A stretch of 64,000 bases of DNA, taken from the NCBI GenBank assembly GCA_036171275.1, contig JAVHQT010000027.1:13817-77816 (forward strand), in the 5' to 3' direction. The translations under genes and the position numbers were made by a program. The notes below the pieces were generated by a model, which saw nothing but the letters and a program-made list of their open reading frames with translations, did not search any database and had not been told where the DNA came from. Source of the stretch: Gallionellaceae bacterium. GTDB lineage: Bacteria; Pseudomonadota; Gammaproteobacteria; Burkholderiales; Gallionellaceae. This document shows, piece by piece, positions 50,175 through 59,314 of the stretch. How positions within the stretch are numbered: position 1 is the stretch's first letter; each line of letters opens with the position of its first letter.

Positions 50175-52256
50175 TTAAGCCACCCTTACTTTGCTAGATA
50201 AGCTTTGTAACAAAAGCGCTTGCGCACATTTAGGCTCTGCGCTTCGAGTGGTCTTTAAATGCCATTGACCTTCGCCATCCATCAGCCAGGCTTGGCAATT
50301 GTCTTGCAGATAAATCTTTAAGCCCTCATCAATCACACGTTTTTTTAACTTCGCATCTAAAATAGGGAAGCAAACTTCGATACGCCGGAAGAAATTTCTA
50401 TCCATCCAATCGGCACTGGATAAATAGACCGCATGCGCGAGGTCGTTGCGAAAATAAAAAATCCGCGTGTGTTCCAAAAAGCGCCCAATAATCGACCGCA
50501 CGGTGATGTTTTCCGACAACCCCGGCACGCCGGGACGCAACGCGCAAACCCCCCGAACAATCAGATCAATTTTGACCCCTGCGCGGGACGCTTCGTACAG
50601 CGCCATGATGATTTCCGGCTCGAGCAAAGCATTCATTTTGGCAATGATATGCGCAGCTTTACCAGTTTTTGCTATCTTGGTTTCAGTTTGAATGGCGAGC
50701 AAAACTTGGCTATGTAATGAAAACGGCGATTGCCATAAATGGCTGAGCTTGCTGGCTTTGCCCAAACCGGTCAGCTGCACAAACACTTGATTCACATCAG
50801 AACACACTTCTTCGTTGCAGGTAAACAAGCCAAAATCGGTATATAAACGCGCGGTGCGCGGATGATAATTGCCCGTGCCTAAATGCACATAGCGACGTAA
50901 TTTTCCGTCTTCGCGCCGAATCACCATCAGCATTTTGGCGTGCGTTTTGTGCCCAACCACACCATAAACCACGTGCGCACCGGCTTGCTCTAAGCGACTT
51001 GCCCAATTGATATTAGCCTCTTCGTCAAAGCGTGCCAGCAATTCCACCACCACCGTCACTTCTTTGCCGCCTTGCGCTGCACTAATCAACGCCTCCATTA
51101 GCGCAGAGTCTGCGCCTGTGCGATACACCGTTTGCTTAATTGACACCACATTACTATCCGTGGCGGCTTGTTGAATAAAGTTGATGACTGGACGAAAGGA
51201 TTGGTAAGGATGATGCAACAACACATCTCCTTTTCGAATTAACTTGAACATATCCGCGCCTTTTTTTTGCAAGGCAGCCGGCATTCCTGTGACAAAAGCA
51301 GGGAACTTTAAATCATCGCGTTCAACCTGATCTGGGATGCGCATTAAGCGCACCAAGTTGACTGGACCATGCACGCGGTAAAGATCATCTGCTTTTAAAT
51401 CAAACTGTTGCAGTAAAAAATTTTCCATCTCCGGCGTACAGTTATCGGCAACCTCCAAGCGCACCGCATCGCCAAAATGCCGTTGCGGTAACTCGCCTTG
51501 CAAACTAATGCGCAGATTTTTAACTTCTTCTTCATCGACAAACAAATCGCTATTGCGGGTCACGCGGAATTGGTAACAGCCCAACACATCCATGCCGGAA
51601 AATAATTCGCCGACATGGGCGTGCAAAATTGACGATAAAAATACAAAGCCATATTCGCAACCGGATATGTCGGCTGGCATTTTAATCGCGCGCGGCAAAA
51701 CTCGCGGGGCTTGCACAATTGCCTTGGCGGAATTACGTCCAAACGCGTCTTTGCCATTCAGCTCCACCGCAAAATTCAAACTTTTGTTTAAAACACGCGG
51801 AAATGGGTGCGAAGGATCCAGGCCGATCGGCGTCAAAATCGGCATCACCTCACGCAAGAAAAATTCTTTTACCCAAGCGCTTTGCGCCTCAGTCCAATGC
51901 GTGCGCCGCAAAAAAAACACCCCGTTATCCGCCAAGGTAGGTACTAAGTCCTTGTTAAATATCAGATATTGTTTTTCGACTAGCTGAACAGCCTGCTCAC
52001 GAACTTTTTTCAAAATATGCGCAGCATCTAGACCATCCGCGCCAGAAGCAAGCCCGCCTAACTTGATTTGCTCTTTCAAACCCGCAACCCGTATCTCAAA
52101 AAATTCATCTAAATTGCTGCTGACAATACAGATATATTTCAATCGTTCCAAAGGCGGAATACTGGGATTTTCTGCTTGCGCCAACACGCGACGATTAAAC
52201 GCCAATAAACTGAGTTCGCGATTCAGAAAGTATTGCGGGGGAAAGTTCTTGGCCAC
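50175..52256 (-). CDS. ppk: Polyphosphate kinase 1
   Basis: The conserved N-terminus (AKNFPPQYFLNRELSLLAFNRRVL) starts at a GTG (plus-strand cac at 52254-56), 14 nt after the yggX stop. The first in-frame ATG would delete the N-domain. It has two PLD-like HKD regions (VGHKTHAKM, FLEHTRIFYF). Confidence 0.88.
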   Translation of the reverse strand: MAKNFPPQYFLNRELSLLAFNRRVLAQAENPSIPPLERLKYICIVSSNLDEFFEIRVAGLKEQIKLGGLASGADGLDAAHILKKVREQAVQLVEKQYLIFNKDLVPTLADNGVFFLRRTHWTEAQSAWVKEFFLREVMPILTPIGLDPSHPFPRVLNKSLNFAVELNGKDAFGRNSAKAIVQAPRVLPRAIKMPADISGCEYGFVFLSSILHAHVGELFSGMDVLGCYQFRVTRNSDLFVDEEEVKNLRISLQGELPQRHFGDAVRLEVADNCTPEMENFLLQQFDLKADDLYRVHGPVNLVRLMRIPDQVERDDLKFPAFVTGMPAALQKKGADMFKLIRKGDVLLHHPYQSFRPVINFIQQAATDSNVVSIKQTVYRTGADSALMEALISAAQGGKEVTVVVELLARFDEEANINWASRLEQAGAHVVYGVVGHKTHAKMLMVIRREDGKLRRYVHLGTGNYHPRTARLYTDFGLFTCNEEVCSDVNQVFVQLTGLGKASKLSHLWQSPFSLHSQVLLAIQTETKIAKTGKAAHIIAKMNALLEPEIIMALYEASRAGVKIDLIVRGVCALRPGVPGLSENITVRSIIGRFLEHTRIFYFRNDLAHAVYLSSADWMDRNFFRRIEVCFPILDAKLKKRVIDEGLKIYLQDNCQAWLMDGEGQWHLKTTRSAEPKCAQALLLQSLSSKVRVA

Positions 52257-52270
52257 TTTAGTTACCTGCT

Positions 52271-52543
52271 TTATTCCGTTGGTTGAACGTAGCCCGACGG
52301 CATTGCTGTTCCGGCGCCAAAGAAATAATTCTCCATCTGCTCTGCCAAATACTTGCGCGCTTTCACATCCGCCAGATTCAAGCGATTTTCGTTCACCAGC
52401 ATGGTCTGAAACTTGATCCAACCCTGCCACGCTTCCTTCGACACATTGTGATAAATCCGCTCCCCCAACGCGCCCGGGTAGGTCGGACGATCCAAGCCCT
52501 CGGCCTTGCGACCGAGTTTGACACACTGCACTGTTCTTGCCAT
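52271..52543 (-). CDS. yggX: Fe(2+)-trafficking protein YggX
   Basis: 90 aa. [24 protein letters not shown]...[18 protein letters not shown] is the YggX signature. GGAGA lies 8 nt upstream of the ATG. Confidence 0.88.
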   Translation of the reverse strand: MARTVQCVKLGRKAEGLDRPTYPGALGERIYHNVSKEAWQGWIKFQTMLVNENRLNLADVKARKYLAEQMENYFFGAGTAMPSGYVQPTE

Positions 52544-52578
52544 TTTTAGTCTCCATATTTATTTAACATTACGCCTGA

Positions 52579-52587
52579 ATTATGACA
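52579..52587 (-). promoter_or_regulatory. Candidate extended -10 (TGTCATAAT) for yggX-ppk
   Basis: The minus strand reads TGTCATAAT about 35 nt upstream of the yggX ATG. No good -35 element is present. Confidence 0.3.
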
Positions 52588-52860
52588 CGGGAATGACAGC
52601 GGAAGCAGCGCGTAAAAATTCCATGATCTTGCAAATGCTGCAACTTCAAACCTGTGATTCCATCGAAACTGGCTGCTGAGCAGTCTTCAACCTAAAGCAG
52701 CACTGATTTATTCCATGTTTGGCGCGACGGCATAGCCGCTGCTTCCTAGGCATGCAAAAAATGATTGAGGGCAAGCTGAACAATTCAACAAAATCAATTC
52801 AAAGCGCATTGCCTTGCGCGTGCTCACTTAATTTTACCGGTATGATTGTGACTTATTTTA

Positions 52861-52896
52861 AATAAAAAAATATGTTAATAATCAGGTAGTTACAGA
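52861..52896 (+). repeat. AT-rich intergenic repeat with IHF-like core (copy H)
   Basis: aataaaaaaatatgttaatAATCAGGTAGTTAcaga. It lies about 60 nt downstream of the acyltransferase stop. Confidence 0.55.
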
Positions 52897-52954
52897 TATT
52901 TTACACTAGGCATATTGCGTGACATCGTTATCTAGCAACATCATTGGCGCCGGT

Positions 52955-53839
52955 TTATGGCTCAGGATAAAACCCTTGTTCACCTTCTGGGCGCGTTTTA
53001 AAACGTTTATGCAGCCAAAAGTATTGCGCGGGCATTTCTAAAACACGCTGTTCAATAAATTCATTGACCCGTCGTGTATCGGCCAAGTCATCACCGCTGG
53101 GATAGTTTTCCCAAGCCGGATAAAACGTCAGAAGATAGCCATCACCTTCCCCTTCTTGCAATAGTCGCGTGATACAAGGCACGACTTTTGCGCCGGTCAT
53201 TTTGGCAATGCGTGGCACAGAGGTCATGGTTGCCGCTGGCACACCAAAAAAAGGAATGAAAGCGCCATCTTGTACCCCTTGATCTTGATCGGTTGGGTAA
53301 ATAAACGGCATACCTGCGCGCATTCCTTTTAAAATCGGACGCAAGCCTTGCTGCCTGGAATACAGTTGTTGTTTGCCAAAACGAGCCCGTTTTTGCAGTA
53401 GCAAATTGGTTAAATATTGGTTCTTTTGCGCGGCATACATACAAACCGTGTCGGTGTGCTGCGCAACCCATTGGCCGCCGACATCCATGCCAACAAAGTG
53501 CGGGGTGAGTAAAATCGTTGGCTTGTATTTATTGGCTTCAAAATGCTCCAGTCCAGCCACTTGAATCAGGCGGTTGATGCGTTGCGGGCGACTCCAAAAC
53601 AATAAACAGCGTTCAAGGATGGCGCGCGTAAACATTTTAAAGTGTGCTTTCACTAAGTTTTCGCGGGCGGCATGAGTCATGCCCGCAAAACATAAACTCA
53701 GATTGATGTTAGCGACGATACGACGTTCCTTAGCAAGATAATAAAGCAGCGTGCCTAAGCCATTGCCCAACGCCACCAAGGTGCGAAACGGCAAAAAGTG
53801 CATGAGCCAAAACACGAATACGCCAAAACGAACTAACAT
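52955..53839 (-). CDS. Lipid A late acyltransferase (LpxL/LpxM family), copy 2
   Basis: 294 aa. It has an N-terminal TM segment, an acyltransferase HX4D/E region (TPHFVGMDVG) and the C-terminal PAQYFWLHKRFK. Confidence 0.85.
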   Translation of the reverse strand: MLVRFGVFVFWLMHFLPFRTLVALGNGLGTLLYYLAKERRIVANINLSLCFAGMTHAARENLVKAHFKMFTRAILERCLLFWSRPQRINRLIQVAGLEHFEANKYKPTILLTPHFVGMDVGGQWVAQHTDTVCMYAAQKNQYLTNLLLQKRARFGKQQLYSRQQGLRPILKGMRAGMPFIYPTDQDQGVQDGAFIPFFGVPAATMTSVPRIAKMTGAKVVPCITRLLQEGEGDGYLLTFYPAWENYPSGDDLADTRRVNEFIEQRVLEMPAQYFWLHKRFKTRPEGEQGFYPEP

Positions 53840-54729
53840 TATGATTCCTTTGTGTTTTTAGGTACGGCAACGCCGCGCGGCACTTTGTAACGGTTATAAC
53901 TCCACAGATATTGCGCTGGACACATTTCAATCAAGTCTTCCAGCGCAGTGTTGATTTGGCTTGCGGGCGAGCTTTTGTCAGTTATAGCTAGCGGCATAAA
54001 GCGTAACGTAAATCCTTTCCCTTGCGGAATTCGCTGCACTTGGCACAGCACGAGTGCAGCTCCACTGGCTTGCACTAAACGTCCAATTAGGGTCATGGTG
54101 TAGGCGGGGCGACCGAAAAAATTAACCCATTCGCCTTCGCCATTGCTCGGGACTTGGTCTGGCAATACGCCAATGGTTTCGCCTCGCTTCAGCGCTTTAA
54201 ACAATTGGCGCACCCCACCCAAATCAGCAGGCGCAAGTTTCATTTGCCCGCGCTCCCGTCCTTGCCGCATCAAGGCATCTAAACTCCCCCAACGCGGGCG
54301 ACGATACAAAGAGGTCATGGGTAATTGTGCAGCAACATAAATCGCAATCAATTCAAAACAACTCAAATGTGGCGTCAGAATAATAACGCCTTTACCTTGC
54401 GCTTGGGCTTGAACAACCGATTCCCATCCCTCGCATTTTTTAACGCTGGCAAGCACTTCCGCTAACGGGCGTCGCCAAATCCAAGGTAACTCTAAAAGAC
54501 TTTTGCCAATTTCTGACACATTCGCCGACAAAGTCTGCTGAAAATCAAGCACCTCCACTCCTTTATCTTGCCAAAACCGCAGCGCATTCGCCAAGTTTTC
54601 TTGTAAACGCGCAGCGTATTTGACTGAAAAACGGAAATGCCAGCGCGCCAAAAAACTGCCTAAGCCATGCAATACGGGCAAAGGAAAGTACGATAACAGC
54701 GTAAATATCCAGCGAATAAGTCTGTTCAT
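53839..54729 (-). CDS. Lipid A late acyltransferase (LpxL/LpxM family), copy 1
   Basis: 296 aa, a paralogue of the downstream gene (TPHLSCFELI, PAQYLWSYNRYK). There is a 1-nt stop/start overlap. Confidence 0.85.
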   Translation of the reverse strand: MNRLIRWIFTLLSYFPLPVLHGLGSFLARWHFRFSVKYAARLQENLANALRFWQDKGVEVLDFQQTLSANVSEIGKSLLELPWIWRRPLAEVLASVKKCEGWESVVQAQAQGKGVIILTPHLSCFELIAIYVAAQLPMTSLYRRPRWGSLDALMRQGRERGQMKLAPADLGGVRQLFKALKRGETIGVLPDQVPSNGEGEWVNFFGRPAYTMTLIGRLVQASGAALVLCQVQRIPQGKGFTLRFMPLAITDKSSPASQINTALEDLIEMCPAQYLWSYNRYKVPRGVAVPKNTKES

Positions 54730-54751
54730 ATAATTAGCATCGTTGAAAAAT

Positions 54752-54768
54752 TGTTATAATTCGCGCCC
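54752..54768 (+). promoter_or_regulatory. Candidate metK promoter: extended -10 plus GC-rich discriminator
   Basis: TGTTATAAT (54752-60) is followed by TCGCGCCC, about 30 nt upstream of the ATG. Confidence 0.5.
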
Positions 54769-54798
54769 TTTTAATCTCCTCTAACAGGCAAAGAAACC

Positions 54799-55962
54799 AT
54801 GAGCGACTATTTTTTTACTTCAGAATCGGTATCTGAAGGTCATCCTGACAAGGTATCGGATCAAATTTCGGATGCGATTCTCGATGCCATTTTAGCGCAA
54901 GACCCGTATGCGCGGGTTGCTGCTGAAACCTTGGTAACGACCGGACTGACTGTTTTGGCGGGAGAAATCACCACCAGCGCGAATGTGAATTACGCGAAGG
55001 TGGCGCGCGACACCATTCGCCGCATCGGTTATGACGACCCGAATCTACGCTTTGATGCCGATGGTTGTTCAGTTCACGTGTGTTACGGCACGCAAAGTCC
55101 GGACATTGCCCAAGGTGTTGATCGCGCTTCGGACGATTATTTAAACCAAGGTGCGGGCGATCAAGGCTTGATGTTTGGCTACGCGTGTCGCGAAACTGAC
55201 ACCCTGATGCCGCTGCCTATTTATTTGGCGCACCGTATTGTGGAACGTCAATCGCAATTGCGCCGCGATGGCCGATTAAGCTGGCTACGCCCAGATGCAA
55301 AATCACAGGTCACCATCAAATATGTAGATGACCAACCGCACAGCATTGATTGCGTGGTGCTTTCCACGCAACACGCACCAGACATCACGCTGGAGCAAAT
55401 TCGAGAAGCGGTGATTGAAGAAATCATTCAACCGGTATTGCCGAAAGAATTGATTAAAGGCGACATTAAATTTCTGGTCAATCCGACCGGACGTTTTGTT
55501 ATCGGCGGCCCTCATGGCGATGCCGGTTTAACCGGACGAAAAATTATTGTGGACACTTACGGTGGCGCAGCCCCGCACGGCGGTGGCGCGTTTTCTGGCA
55601 AAGATCCTTCAAAAGTCGATCGTTCCGCCGCTTACGCTGGGCGTTATGTGGCGAAAAACATCGTCGCAGCCGGTTTGGCCGATAAATGTCTGGTGCAAAT
55701 CAGCTATGCCATCGGCGTGGCACAACCCACCAGCGTGATGGTCAGCACCTACGGCACCGGCAAAGTATCGGACGAGAAAATCACCGAATTGGTGAAACGC
55801 CATTTTGATTTACGTCCTAAAGGCATCGTGCAAATGCTTAATCTGTTGCGCCCAATTTACCAAAATACCGCTGCATACGGTCACTTTGGTCGGGAAGAAC
55901 CAGATTTTACCTGGGAAGCAACCGATAAGGCAGCTGCATTGAGAGCGGATGCAGGTTTGTAA
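54799..55962 (+). CDS. metK: S-adenosylmethionine synthase
   Basis: 387 aa, with [25 protein letters not shown] and [19 protein letters not shown]. Confidence 0.97.
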   Translation: MSDYFFTSESVSEGHPDKVSDQISDAILDAILAQDPYARVAAETLVTTGLTVLAGEITTSANVNYAKVARDTIRRIGYDDPNLRFDADGCSVHVCYGTQSPDIAQGVDRASDDYLNQGAGDQGLMFGYACRETDTLMPLPIYLAHRIVERQSQLRRDGRLSWLRPDAKSQVTIKYVDDQPHSIDCVVLSTQHAPDITLEQIREAVIEEIIQPVLPKELIKGDIKFLVNPTGRFVIGGPHGDAGLTGRKIIVDTYGGAAPHGGGAFSGKDPSKVDRSAAYAGRYVAKNIVAAGLADKCLVQISYAIGVAQPTSVMVSTYGTGKVSDEKITELVKRHFDLRPKGIVQMLNLLRPIYQNTAAYGHFGREEPDFTWEATDKAAALRADAGL

Positions 55963-55990
55963 TTATTCAATTTAATCAATAGGTTACAAT
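55960..55990 (+). repeat. AT-rich intergenic repeat with IHF-like core (copy I)
   Basis: taattattcaatttAATCAATAGGTTAcaat, with a perfect core. It begins at the metK stop codon. Confidence 0.55.
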
Positions 55991-56055
55991 TTTTCAGTGG
56001 CGGCAAAGCGCTCCTTTGTCGCCACGTGTTCATTGTCTGCGAAATGCCGCGCGAA

Positions 56056-56073
56056 TGTTATAATCCGCGCCCC
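56056..56073 (+). promoter_or_regulatory. Candidate argS promoter: extended -10 plus GC-rich discriminator
   Basis: TGTTATAAT (56056-64) is followed by CCGCGCCCC. The ATG is at 56092, with TAAGGTG upstream. Confidence 0.5.
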
Positions 56074-56091
56074 GTTTTAAGGTGTTGCTTT

Positions 56092-57768
56092 ATGTCTGCT
56101 GTCGTCAATTTCAAATTTCATCTCGCCGAATTACTGACTCAATCTCTGCGCGAAGTTGCTCCCGAATACCGGCACACGCCTATTTTAATCGAACGCCCCA
56201 AGCAAGCGGCGCATGGCGATTACGCGTGCAACTTGGCAATGCAATTGGCGAAACCATTACGCAAAGCACCCCGTGAGATTGCGCAAGCGTTAATTGCCGC
56301 GCTACCGGCTTCGGAATTTGTCGAAAAAGTAGCGTTAGCCGGCGGAGGATTTATCAATTTTTTCATCAGCTTACCGGCTAAACAGGCGGTCATTCCGGCG
56401 GTATTAAATGCAGCGCACCTGTATGGTCGCAGTCAAGTCGGCGGCGAGCAAAAAGTCGGGGTGGAATTTGTCTCCGCCAATCCAACTGGTCCGCTGCACG
56501 TCGGTCACGGACGCGGAGCAGCGGTGGGTGATTGTTTGTGTAATTTGCTCGATGCAGCCGGCTGGGCGGTCACGCGCGAGTTTTATTACAACGATGCCGG
56601 CGCACAAATCGACAATTTAACGCTGTCGGTACAACTGCGCTGCAAAGGCATCACGCCAGACGACGCCGCATGGCCTGAGTCCGGGTATCGCGGCGATTAC
56701 ATTGCCGAGGTTGCTCATGCCTATCTGGCCAAAGAAACCATTGTCTCAGATGGCCAGAAAGTGACGGGCACAGGGGACGCGCAAGACTATGATTCTATTC
56801 GCGATTTCGCCGTGGCTTATTTACGCCGCGAGCAAGATTTAGATTTGCAGGCTTTTCAGGTGAAATTTGACGTGTACTCGCTCGAATCGGCGCTGTACAC
56901 CGAAGGTAAAGTAGAAGAAACCGTCAATAATTTAATCGCCAGCGGACACACCTATCAGCAAGAGGCGGCGTTGTGGTTGCGCTCCACCGATTTTGGTGAC
57001 GACAAAGACCGCGTAATGCGCAAATCAGATGGCGGTTTTACCTATTTTGTTCCGGATGTGGCCTACCATTTAGATAAGTGGCGACGCGGTTTTGTGCGCG
57101 TCATTAACGAGCAAGGCGCAGACCACCACAGCACCATCACGCGGGTGCGCGCCGGATTGCAAGCGCTCGATGCCGGCATTCCCATTGGCTGGCCTGAATA
57201 TGTATTGCACCAAATGGTCACCGTACTGAAGAATGGTGAAGAGGTCAAAATTTCTAAACGCGCCGGCAGTTATGTCACCTTGCGAGATTTAATTGACGAA
57301 GTGGGGTGCGATGCAACGCGCTATTTTCTCGCCGCCCGCCATCCCGACTCGCAATTAGTATTTGATATTGACTTGGCGAAATCGCAAAGCAACGACAATC
57401 CGGTCTATTACATTCAATATGCCCACGCCCGCATTTGCACGGTTTTGCAACAATGGGGCGGCACACAAATTCAGTTAGCTCGTGTCAACTTCAGCGCACT
57501 TGACAGCGAAGACGAGCGCCAGCTATTGCAGCAACTCATTGATTATCCAGCGCTCATTGAAACTGCTGCGGCAGAGTTATCGCCACACTTACTGGCTTTT
57601 TATTTAAAGGAACTGGCGGCTGATTTCCATCGTTACTATAACGGCACACGATTTTTGGTGGACGATGAAGGTCTTAAGCTCGCACGCTTGGCACTGATTT
57701 TGGCGGTAGCGCAAGTGCTTAAAAATGGACTGGCGTTATTGGGTGTCACAGCGCCGGAGAAAATGTAA
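56092..57768 (+). CDS. argS: Arginine--tRNA ligase
   Basis: The start is at the ATG at 56092 ([15 protein letters not shown]). It has the HIGH motif ([13 protein letters not shown]) and a KMSKS-like motif (ISKRAGS). The upstream 22 codons in the ORF track cover the promoter. Confidence 0.93.
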   Translation: MSAVVNFKFHLAELLTQSLREVAPEYRHTPILIERPKQAAHGDYACNLAMQLAKPLRKAPREIAQALIAALPASEFVEKVALAGGGFINFFISLPAKQAVIPAVLNAAHLYGRSQVGGEQKVGVEFVSANPTGPLHVGHGRGAAVGDCLCNLLDAAGWAVTREFYYNDAGAQIDNLTLSVQLRCKGITPDDAAWPESGYRGDYIAEVAHAYLAKETIVSDGQKVTGTGDAQDYDSIRDFAVAYLRREQDLDLQAFQVKFDVYSLESALYTEGKVEETVNNLIASGHTYQQEAALWLRSTDFGDDKDRVMRKSDGGFTYFVPDVAYHLDKWRRGFVRVINEQGADHHSTITRVRAGLQALDAGIPIGWPEYVLHQMVTVLKNGEEVKISKRAGSYVTLRDLIDEVGCDATRYFLAARHPDSQLVFDIDLAKSQSNDNPVYYIQYAHARICTVLQQWGGTQIQLARVNFSALDSEDERQLLQQLIDYPALIETAAAELSPHLLAFYLKELAADFHRYYNGTRFLVDDEGLKLARLALILAVAQVLKNGLALLGVTAPEKM

Positions 57769-58418
57769 TGAAATCAAGAGCAAATTCGATGCGAGGCAAC
57801 GCAAAAAGCAATCCAAGTGCGCGCGGCGGCTCCTTATTTGCCGGCATTTTATTGGGAATAATTTTAGGATTGATTGCCGCAGGCGTGGTTGCTTGGTATA
57901 TTTTGAAAAATGGCTCGGCCTCCTTTGACGACAAATCCTCACATTCTGCGGCAAAGCCTATGCTTGAAGCCAAACCGATTCCGATTCTAGGCGCAAAACC
58001 GATTACACCCGCGCTGTCAGCGGTTGCTTCTAGCGTGCCGCCAGCTTCGGGGGTGCTTCAAGCTAAAAAAGAATATGAATTTTATCGCGTACTGACGGAC
58101 AAACCAGAAGCCGTGTCGGCGCGAACAAAGCCGCCGGTGCTAGTGAAAGAAACACGCCCCGCTGCCGCCGCTCCTGACCACGCGCTATATTTTATTCAAG
58201 CAGGTTCTTTTCCCAACAAAGAAGAGGCGGAAAAGCTCAAAGCCAAGCTTAGTTTATTGGGTATGGAGGTCACCGTTTTTGCGGTGAGCATTCCCGATAA
58301 AGGCACGTTTCACCGTGTTCGAGTCGGTCCTTTTAAGGGAAGCATTGAAATGAACAGCGCGTTAACCTTATTAATACAAAATGGCATTAGCCAAGCAACA
58401 CCGGTTAAAGCACAATAA
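57768..58418 (+). CDS. SPOR-domain cell-division protein
   Basis: 216 aa. It has one TM segment, an A/P/S-rich linker and a C-terminal SPOR domain (YFIQAGSFPNKEEAEKLKAKL...FHRVRVGPF). It overlaps the argS stop by TAATG. Confidence 0.8.
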   Translation: MKSRANSMRGNAKSNPSARGGSLFAGILLGIILGLIAAGVVAWYILKNGSASFDDKSSHSAAKPMLEAKPIPILGAKPITPALSAVASSVPPASGVLQAKKEYEFYRVLTDKPEAVSARTKPPVLVKETRPAAAAPDHALYFIQAGSFPNKEEAEKLKAKLSLLGMEVTVFAVSIPDKGTFHRVRVGPFKGSIEMNSALTLLIQNGISQATPVKAQ

Positions 58419-58435
58419 CTTTTTATCAGGAGATT

Positions 58436-59071
58436 ATGAACATGAAATTTCTAAAAGCAGGTTTGTTTAGCCTTTTCTTATTTTGTACGACAACTGCCTT
58501 TGCCGACATTCAGTTGGGACGTGATTATGAAAAACTCAGCCCCGCCCAAGCAACCCATTCCGGCACTAAAATCGAAGTGTTGGCGTTTTTCTTTTACGGC
58601 TGTTCGCATTGTTTTCATTTGCACGCCGAAATAAGCGCTTGGGAAAAAAAGCTGCCTAAGGATGTCAAACTAGAATACGTCCCCGTAACTTTCCAAGACT
58701 CGTGGGAAAGCATGGCGTTTACTTTTTATGCTTTAGAGTCGCTCGGTCAAGGCAAACGACTGCACGATGAATTGTATAAGGCTTGGAATATCGACAATAT
58801 TGACTTGAGGAATAAAGCGAATGCGGTTGATTTTGTGACGCGGCGCGGGGTCAATCGCGCTCAATTTATCGCTGCTTATGACTCCTTTAGCGTCGGTAGC
58901 AAAGTCTCACGTGCCAATCAAATGGTGCGCGATTATACGATTCGCGGCACGCCCACCTTGGTGATTGATGGGCAATATCTGATTACTGGACTGACCCCAA
59001 GCGACACAATTCGTGTCTTAAATGAGCTATTAATTCAGATTCGCAAAGCACATGGAATTCGGAAAAACTAA
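58436..59071 (+). CDS. dsbA: Thiol:disulfide interchange protein DsbA
   Basis: 211 aa, with a signal peptide and the active site FFFYGCSHCF (CxxC). The start may instead be the ATG at 58442, which has better SD spacing. Confidence 0.88.
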   Translation: MNMKFLKAGLFSLFLFCTTTAFADIQLGRDYEKLSPAQATHSGTKIEVLAFFFYGCSHCFHLHAEISAWEKKLPKDVKLEYVPVTFQDSWESMAFTFYALESLGQGKRLHDELYKAWNIDNIDLRNKANAVDFVTRRGVNRAQFIAAYDSFSVGSKVSRANQMVRDYTIRGTPTLVIDGQYLITGLTPSDTIRVLNELLIQIRKAHGIRKN

Positions 59072-59093
59072 CCTTAACCTATCGGAGATAAAA

Positions 59094-59303
59094 ATGAACG
59101 CGGAACGCATTATTCGCATTGTAGCTGGCAGCTTTGTTTTACTTTCATTGGCACTGGGCGCAGAAGCTAGCCCTGTTTTTGTAAGCGCGTACTTTTTACT
59201 GTTTACCGCTTTTGTTGGCTTAAATTTATTGCAAAGTGGCTTCACCAAAATCTGCCCGTTAAATAGCATTTTGGCAAAACTCGGTATTAAAGGCAGTTGC
59301 TAA
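59094..59303 (+). CDS. DUF2892 (YgaP C-terminal-like) small membrane protein
   Basis: 69 aa from the ATG at 59094, with GGAGA upstream. MNAERIIRIVAGSFVLLSLALG...GLNLLQSGFTKICPL fits DUF2892. Confidence 0.7.
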   Translation: MNAERIIRIVAGSFVLLSLALGAEASPVFVSAYFLLFTAFVGLNLLQSGFTKICPLNSILAKLGIKGSC

Positions 59304-59314
59304 ACCAACTACCC

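Noticed and set aside
52257-52556. N-terminal 100 codons of the 793-aa ORF ([13 protein letters not shown]...)
   Set aside because: This stretch overlaps the well-supported yggX gene in another frame. Its sequence is Gly/Ser/Arg-rich with no similarity to PPK. ppk starts at the GTG at 52256.
54730-54798. SAM riboswitch upstream of metK
   Set aside because: Only about 30 nt separate the predicted -10 from the ATG, which is too short for any known SAM riboswitch class.
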